This document shows, piece after piece, positions 61,401 to 64,000 of a stretch of 64,000 nt of DNA. Position numbers and translations under genes: made by a program. The notes beneath the pieces are model-generated. The model was not told the DNA's origin and did no database searches. It saw nothing but the letters and a program-made list of their open reading frames with translations. Source of the DNA: Phoronis australis. Its lineage: Eukaryota; Animalia; Phoronida. Each line of letters begins with the position of its first letter. The first letter of the stretch is position 1. The stretch spans positions 953,556 through 1,017,555 of the forward strand of contig NMRA01000028.1 of the NCBI GenBank assembly GCA_002633005.1, in the 5' to 3' direction.

Positions 61401-63934
61401 TGGTACCATTGTTACGCAGGCGGAACGCATACTTGACACCTTCCTGAATGGGTGAAAAATAACCATATTAAACAATTATTGTTAGCCTTGTAAAAATGAA
61501 ATAAAATGAAAGGATACCAAATATAAGACGAGTGTCACTTTTTTATAAATCCACAAAAACTTAATTGACAACTTTAGTTTTCTGAACTTTGATGAATAAC
61601 ATAAAGGCAATAAAGGTATCACTAAAATAAATAAAAATATACACTTCTATTCACTACAATCAAAATTCTTAACGAATATCTACATGACCAGTGATATGAA
61701 AATAAAATTACTGTCCCATGTTCCAACGAAACACGATTGCTTAGTTTAATACTCAACATTTCTGATGCAGTCATTTACCAACCTAGACACAAAATCATTC
61801 ACACAGTGAATAAGCAATACAGTAAGTACAATTCTTAACATGTCTACGTTCTACATTCCACTAAACCTGGTTAGTGTTAAGTACATGTCAAAGAAGCAAT
61901 GCTTATGGGATTCCCTGGAATTCATGCACAAAAATTGATCAGAGGTCGGCCCCATAAATTGGCAGGACTTGCCTTAATGGGTACGGGCTGTTCCAGTTTT
62001 AGTTCCACTACATCTCCAACAGTGTCCTCTGAGTTGTACACTCCCTTCACGGAGCCAAGACTGTTCCACCTCTGTGTGTGGGGACCACCTTGACCCGCGT
62101 CACTCCTCTGAAATGGAGCACAACAATTAACATCAAGACATTTCCATAATTAATAATGTGTTTGTACACAGCCGATGTGGCAAAGCACATAAACAAGTCT
62201 TAGCCAGCCTTTGGTTTGTGAGGAAAGAAGTGGACTTGCTAAATAAAAAATGTACATTTTACAAAACCTTCAATTTTGCTGGCAACTATTATTCAAGCAA
62301 AAAAGAAGTATATGATTCTAGATTGAAAAATACAGTTCCAGCTTGACCAATAATACTAATCGATGATTACTAAGACTGCAATGTTACTCAAGCTTGGACT
62401 TAAAAAATAATAATAAAACATAATGACTCATACATATCCTGAGTAAAAAGAAGTTAAATGTTAAGTTTTTGCAAGATACCATCAATAACAAAAAAACAAT
62501 GCACTCACATCATCAAGTATTTCCAGTTCATAGTCATATCTCCCCGTTCCACCAAAGACCGTCACTCCAGCAATAACAATGCCTGGCTTGTCTACCGTGA
62601 ATGTGACGGCGTCTGGGTTACCGTTGCCAGCATTCCAGAAAGCATTCGAGCTAGTACGGGTGAACCTGTTGGGTGTGGTCAGCAGCGGTCGTGAAGCAGA
62701 GGTCAGGTCCGCCTGAAATGATACGAATGATGAACTCTTGAAGTAGCACAAAGTAGTAGAAACTTCTGGACTTGTACAAAGAATCTATAATAAAGGCCAC
62801 CAACAAAGATTTACTAATAAAACTTATAAGCTTTTCAAGATTAAACCTTCTTCGAATAAGTCTTTAGATTTTCGCAGGAAAATTATGCATTCTTTATTCT
62901 TAAATTCTAAATAATCAGATTGATCACCAAAATGACCCGTCCAGTTATCTTTAACTGGGAATCATTCATTTAAATAATTTACTTGCTTCCACCTAGGTGA
63001 TGCAACTTGTAACTCAAAGTATAAAACAATAACAAATGTGTCGTGGGATTCAATTACAAGTTATGATAAGCATTCTATAAACCATTTCCATAAATAACCC
63101 CTGCTCTAACAATTTACTCACTTCCATCCAGGTGGCACTGGCTGACAGCTCCTGTATAATGGCGATGAGCAGGGCACATGTGCTGGAGATCAGGTTGTCT
63201 GGGTATGTCGTCTGCTCCCCACGCAACGTCTGCTTGGCAGGTAATGTAACCATGTGGATCAAACGATCGAGCACTTCCTTGAAGGAGCACTGAGTACTAG
63301 TGCCGCCTTCCATCTAGAAGGTCAAGGTCACATAGTAGGAAGAACGAGCAAAAACATGAAGAATTTTGTCTGTATGTCAAATTTCATACAATAAGATAGT
63401 ACTAGTAACCTTTCCCACTCAGGTCCCCAATACAAAACAAATAATTAAGCAACTCTTTAAGCTTGATATCCAGCAACAGCAGTACAGATAACACTAACAT
63501 AGCCTGCCAAAACCAGCAGCACAAACACCTGAGTGGGGGAGCTGGCGGTAACCCAGGCTACATGAACAACTCCCAGTTGAACCCCAAAACCAATGTATGC
63601 GCCAAGTCATTCCAAGCAAATCAGAATACAAGCATATTTTTCACTCACATCTCTCAAACCCAGCACCAACACTAGGGTCACTTAAAGTAACCAAGAGCAC
63701 AAACATCAAGTACCAACTCACTTCAGTCCTAGCAAACATCTGTTCAACCAACACAGGGTACTGATGCACCTCTGATGAGGGTCTCTTGTCACCTTGCTTG
63801 CTGAATTTGTGTAAGTATGGTACCTTGCCATGGTCAGAATTGATGGGCAGGATGGACATTAGTTTCACTGATGGCTGAGAGAGGGCGTCCATGACTGCAG
63901 CTAACTGTTGGGCACAGCCACCGAGGTCTTCATC
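22296..63934 (-). CDS. MYCBP2: E3 ubiquitin ligase MYCBP2/Highwire/RPM-1 (PHR family), 3' ~50 exons; 5' part lies outside the window
   Basis: PHR domain ([16 protein letters not shown]), filamin-like repeat, [29 protein letters not shown]10 ([10 protein letters not shown]), B-box, RING-H2 and tandem-cysteine domain ending [10 protein letters not shown]. The relay-cysteine contexts EARCDEEA and VFFCFGTTH are present. Exon phases chain consistently. Confidence 0.96.
22553..22779. repeat. 28-bp minisatellite x8
   Basis: ATCACATATGGAACTAAAGTATTAGACT. Confidence 0.95.
23197..23362 (-). CDS. MYCBP2: MYCBP2 exon (downstream relay Cys)
   Basis: [32 protein letters not shown]...HCPA. Confidence 0.95.
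23842..23909. repeat. 33-bp tandem duplication
   Basis: AAGAACTACATGTGAATGGTTCCCTCTACACAT x2. Confidence 0.9.
23931..24038 (-). CDS. MYCBP2: MYCBP2 exon (upstream relay Cys)
   Basis: [13 protein letters not shown]...[14 protein letters not shown]. Confidence 0.94.
24776..24985 (-). CDS. MYCBP2: MYCBP2 exon
   Basis: [16 protein letters not shown]...YYVCFKCGK. Confidence 0.94.
25260..25950. mobile_element. Foldback-type element with long degenerate inverted arms
   Basis: CACATGACCATCCACAAGCCCGTGACC (~25564) mirrors GGTCACGTGCTTGTGGACGGACACGTG (~25786); ATGTCAGGAC and GTCCTGATAT subrepeats on opposite arms. Confidence 0.6.
26461..26568 (-). CDS. MYCBP2: MYCBP2 exon (RING-H2)
   Basis: [11 protein letters not shown]...[15 protein letters not shown]. 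Confidence 0.94.
27460..27645 (-). CDS. MYCBP2: MYCBP2 exon (RING start)
   Basis: EYAQNAC..CGHLCGG...[20 protein letters not shown]. Confidence 0.94.
27859..29623 (-). mobile_element. Helentron-like repeat, same family as 10974-12410, inverted
   Basis: Repeated AAAATGGCCACTAG(G/T) and CAAATTTCAT units; plus-strand ends AACAAGA.. and ..GGTATAAAAA. Confidence 0.55.
29900..30009 (-). CDS. MYCBP2: MYCBP2 exon
   Basis: [22 protein letters not shown]. Confidence 0.92.
30240..30410 (+). mobile_element. tRNA-derived SINE fragment
   Basis: GTGTGGTTCAGTGGTTAGAAC (A box)...GGTTTTCAAATC (degenerate B box). Confidence 0.45.
30466..30601 (-). CDS. MYCBP2: MYCBP2 exon
   Basis: [24 protein letters not shown]...VEFRE. 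Confidence 0.93.
30936..31150. repeat. 35-bp minisatellite x~6
   Basis: CAATAATAACATGGGATGACAATGATAACAACAGG. Confidence 0.93.
31199..31327 (-). CDS. MYCBP2: MYCBP2 exon (B-box)
   Basis: PTCDNHDDG...[14 protein letters not shown]...HQRQ. Confidence 0.93.
31573..31677 (-). CDS. MYCBP2: MYCBP2 exon
   Basis: [24 protein letters not shown]. Confidence 0.9.
32133..32252 (-). CDS. MYCBP2: MYCBP2 exon
   Basis: [17 protein letters not shown]...PT. Confidence 0.9.
33044..33134 (-). CDS. MYCBP2: MYCBP2 exon
   Basis: QRWYLKGS...LLKDMAS. Confidence 0.88.
33627..33883 (-). CDS. MYCBP2: MYCBP2 exon
   Basis: [11 protein letters not shown]...[18 protein letters not shown]. Confidence 0.92.
34288..34438 (-). 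CDS. MYCBP2: MYCBP2 exon
   Basis: [18 protein letters not shown]...[12 protein letters not shown]. Confidence 0.92.
34808..34914 (-). CDS. MYCBP2: MYCBP2 exon
   Basis: [21 protein letters not shown]. Confidence 0.9.
35184..35354 (-). CDS. MYCBP2: MYCBP2 exon
   Basis: VFGRLI...[19 protein letters not shown]. Confidence 0.92.
35997..36151 (-). CDS. MYCBP2: MYCBP2 exon
   Basis: [14 protein letters not shown]...[15 protein letters not shown]. Confidence 0.9.
36455..36608 (-). CDS. MYCBP2: MYCBP2 exon (DOC domain)
   Basis: [11 protein letters not shown]...HAGWVTC...MNLR. Confidence 0.88.
36712..36863. repeat. 29-bp minisatellite x5
   Basis: AAAACAATTGCTGCAGCAAGCGACCAAGT. Confidence 0.95.
37455..37588 (-). 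CDS. MYCBP2: MYCBP2 exon (DOC domain)
   Basis: [18 protein letters not shown]...HIDNTRDVG. Confidence 0.92.
38482..38800 (-). CDS. MYCBP2: MYCBP2 exon
   Basis: [25 protein letters not shown]...[11 protein letters not shown]. Confidence 0.9.
39206..39364 (-). CDS. MYCBP2: MYCBP2 exon
   Basis: ...[12 protein letters not shown]...LPTGSPLQ. Confidence 0.85.
39982..40128 (-). CDS. MYCBP2: MYCBP2 exon
   Basis: [23 protein letters not shown]. Confidence 0.9.
40563..40774 (-). CDS. MYCBP2: MYCBP2 exon
   Basis: [10 protein letters not shown]...[13 protein letters not shown]...RVYGLQ. Confidence 0.9.
41095..41110 (-). promoter_or_regulatory. CTCF consensus-like motif
   Basis: TCCACTAGGTGGCGCT matches the CTCF core CCASYAGRKGGCRC. 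Confidence 0.4.
41865..42063 (-). CDS. MYCBP2: MYCBP2 exon
   Basis: EIHSP...MLTRSVSEL...RRRNISG. Confidence 0.8.
42654..44093 (-). CDS. MYCBP2: MYCBP2 large exon, with an apparent frameshift at ~43159
   Basis: MSPKLSRK...[14 protein letters not shown]...[16 protein letters not shown]...FCGG, then in a shifted frame [13 protein letters not shown]...FDPAK|GT. Confidence 0.85.
43663..45059. other. 698-bp direct duplication across a single-N gap (probable haplotype overlap)
   Basis: 43663-44360 matches 44362-45059 with 6 substitutions seen; N at 44361. Confidence 0.9.
44965..45470. mobile_element. MITE with CAGGGCTTGGAAT TIRs
   Basis: 13-bp TIRs with 7-bp direct flanks GTGTTAT (44958-44964 and 45471-45477). 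Confidence 0.8.
46090..46257 (-). CDS. MYCBP2: MYCBP2 exon (Ser/Pro-rich)
   Basis: RSPRHGSP...[16 protein letters not shown]. Confidence 0.78.
46533..46764 (-). CDS. MYCBP2: MYCBP2 exon (Ser/Pro-rich)
   Basis: [21 protein letters not shown]...SPIRRI; acceptor could alternatively be 46785. Confidence 0.72.
46821..46998. repeat. 43-bp minisatellite x4
   Basis: CCAACACCAGAATGGTAATGAGGTTAATAATATAAGTGTATTG. Confidence 0.95.
47430..47528 (-). CDS. MYCBP2: MYCBP2 exon
   Basis: [32 protein letters not shown]. Confidence 0.7.
48363..48425 (-). CDS. MYCBP2: Possible 63-nt MYCBP2 cassette exon
   Basis: TTTAG|GA AGA ACA...TGG AAA CCA G|GTAGAA; open, phase 1/1. Confidence 0.35.
49283..49441 (-). CDS. 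MYCBP2: MYCBP2 exon
   Basis: [10 protein letters not shown]...KDVIKAI, phase 1/1. Confidence 0.7.
50063..50366 (-). CDS. MYCBP2: MYCBP2 exon
   Basis: [12 protein letters not shown]...KPSTE. Confidence 0.8.
50784..50908 (-). CDS. MYCBP2: MYCBP2 exon
   Basis: [17 protein letters not shown]...KRL. Confidence 0.88.
50978..51345. repeat. 34-bp minisatellite x~10
   Basis: CAATGAGAGTAGGTCATCAAGTTAAGGCATGATC. Confidence 0.95.
51494..51632 (-). CDS. MYCBP2: MYCBP2 exon
   Basis: [15 protein letters not shown]... Confidence 0.85.
52187..52288 (-). CDS. MYCBP2: MYCBP2 exon
   Basis: [11 protein letters not shown]...EAWCLQYNQ. Confidence 0.9.
52749..52865 (-). CDS. MYCBP2: MYCBP2 exon
   Basis: [21 protein letters not shown]...YVDE. 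Confidence 0.9.
53232..53326 (-). CDS. MYCBP2: MYCBP2 exon (GC donor)
   Basis: [13 protein letters not shown]...KPKK|GCAAGT. Confidence 0.85.
53575..54270. repeat. 108-bp exon-derived tandem repeat x~6
   Basis: ACCCATCAATGAC recurs at 53641, 53749, 53857, 53965, 54073 and 54181. Confidence 0.95.
54277..54448 (-). CDS. MYCBP2: MYCBP2 exon (filamin-like region)
   Basis: [12 protein letters not shown]...[18 protein letters not shown]. Confidence 0.92.
54538..54662. repeat. 30-bp minisatellite x4
   Basis: AATGTGAAGT(G/A)TTCACCTGGCCCCAAGCAT. Confidence 0.93.
55247..55432 (-). CDS. MYCBP2: MYCBP2 exon
   Basis: VQVKAVP...FHAITMMP. Confidence 0.88.
55720..55864 (-). CDS. MYCBP2: MYCBP2 exon
   Basis: WLQPE...[12 protein letters not shown]. 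Confidence 0.9.
56244..56416 (-). CDS. MYCBP2: MYCBP2 exon
   Basis: [15 protein letters not shown]...GGRLA. Confidence 0.9.
57073..57128 (-). CDS. MYCBP2: MYCBP2 exon
   Basis: [18 protein letters not shown], phase-compatible. Confidence 0.78.
57380..57586 (-). CDS. MYCBP2: MYCBP2 exon
   Basis: [13 protein letters not shown]...YGFKC..FGYEW...[14 protein letters not shown]. Confidence 0.9.
58077..58302 (-). CDS. MYCBP2: MYCBP2 exon
   Basis: [25 protein letters not shown]...VVP. Confidence 0.9.
59370..59567 (-). CDS. MYCBP2: MYCBP2 exon
   Basis: SAVHVL...[13 protein letters not shown]...YK. Confidence 0.88.
59922..60025 (-). CDS. MYCBP2: MYCBP2 exon
   Basis: [22 protein letters not shown]. 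Confidence 0.88.
60605..60738 (-). CDS. MYCBP2: MYCBP2 exon
   Basis: APESEDEE...[11 protein letters not shown], phases 2/1 fit the neighbours. Confidence 0.8.
61265..61443 (-). CDS. MYCBP2: MYCBP2 exon (PHR domain)
   Basis: [13 protein letters not shown]...GQLPQILYY. Confidence 0.92.
61973..62107 (-). CDS. MYCBP2: MYCBP2 exon (GC donor)
   Basis: ...[15 protein letters not shown]...PVPIK|GCAAGT. Confidence 0.88.
62509..62712 (-). CDS. MYCBP2: MYCBP2 exon (PHR domain)
   Basis: [29 protein letters not shown]...YELEILDD. Confidence 0.92.
63122..63313 (-). CDS. MYCBP2: MYCBP2 exon
   Basis: [13 protein letters not shown]...ATWME. Confidence 0.85.
63722..63934 (-). CDS. MYCBP2: MYCBP2 exon
   Basis: [18 protein letters not shown]...FARTE. 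Confidence 0.85.
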
Positions 63935-64000
63935 CTACATACACAATTTTACAGCATTTTATTTGTGCAATGCGTATTTTAAAATGCAAATTTTAATGCA

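Overview
Eukaryotic genomic DNA, AT-rich and intron-dense; a bilaterian invertebrate, with lophotrochozoan affinity only a guess. From left to right: (1) the 5' half of a Ty3/Gypsy LTR retrotransposon on the minus strand (LTR 4028-4257, tRNA-Lys PBS, gag with three CCHC knuckles, a UUUAAAC -1 frameshift site plus hairpin, and PR-RT-RNaseH pol with a single nonsense codon). (2) A 5'-truncated Merlin/ISXO2 (IS1595-type) DDE transposase whose stop codon is followed 25 nt later by a canonical replication-dependent histone 3' stem-loop; this is the most unusual signal in the window. (3) A histidyl-tRNA synthetase gene (+ strand, 11 core exons and two candidate alternative first coding exons, one resembling a mitochondrial presequence). 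(4) About 50 exons from the 3' part of MYCBP2/highwire/rpm-1 (- strand), tail-to-tail with HARS. MYCBP2 shows two GC-AG introns, repeated duplications of exon tails with their splice donors, an apparent frameshifting deletion, and a haplotype-overlap artefact at the N (44361). Introns hold Helentron-like elements, MITEs, tRNA-SINE fragments and many minisatellites. All exon coordinates were read by hand from splice signals and reading frame.
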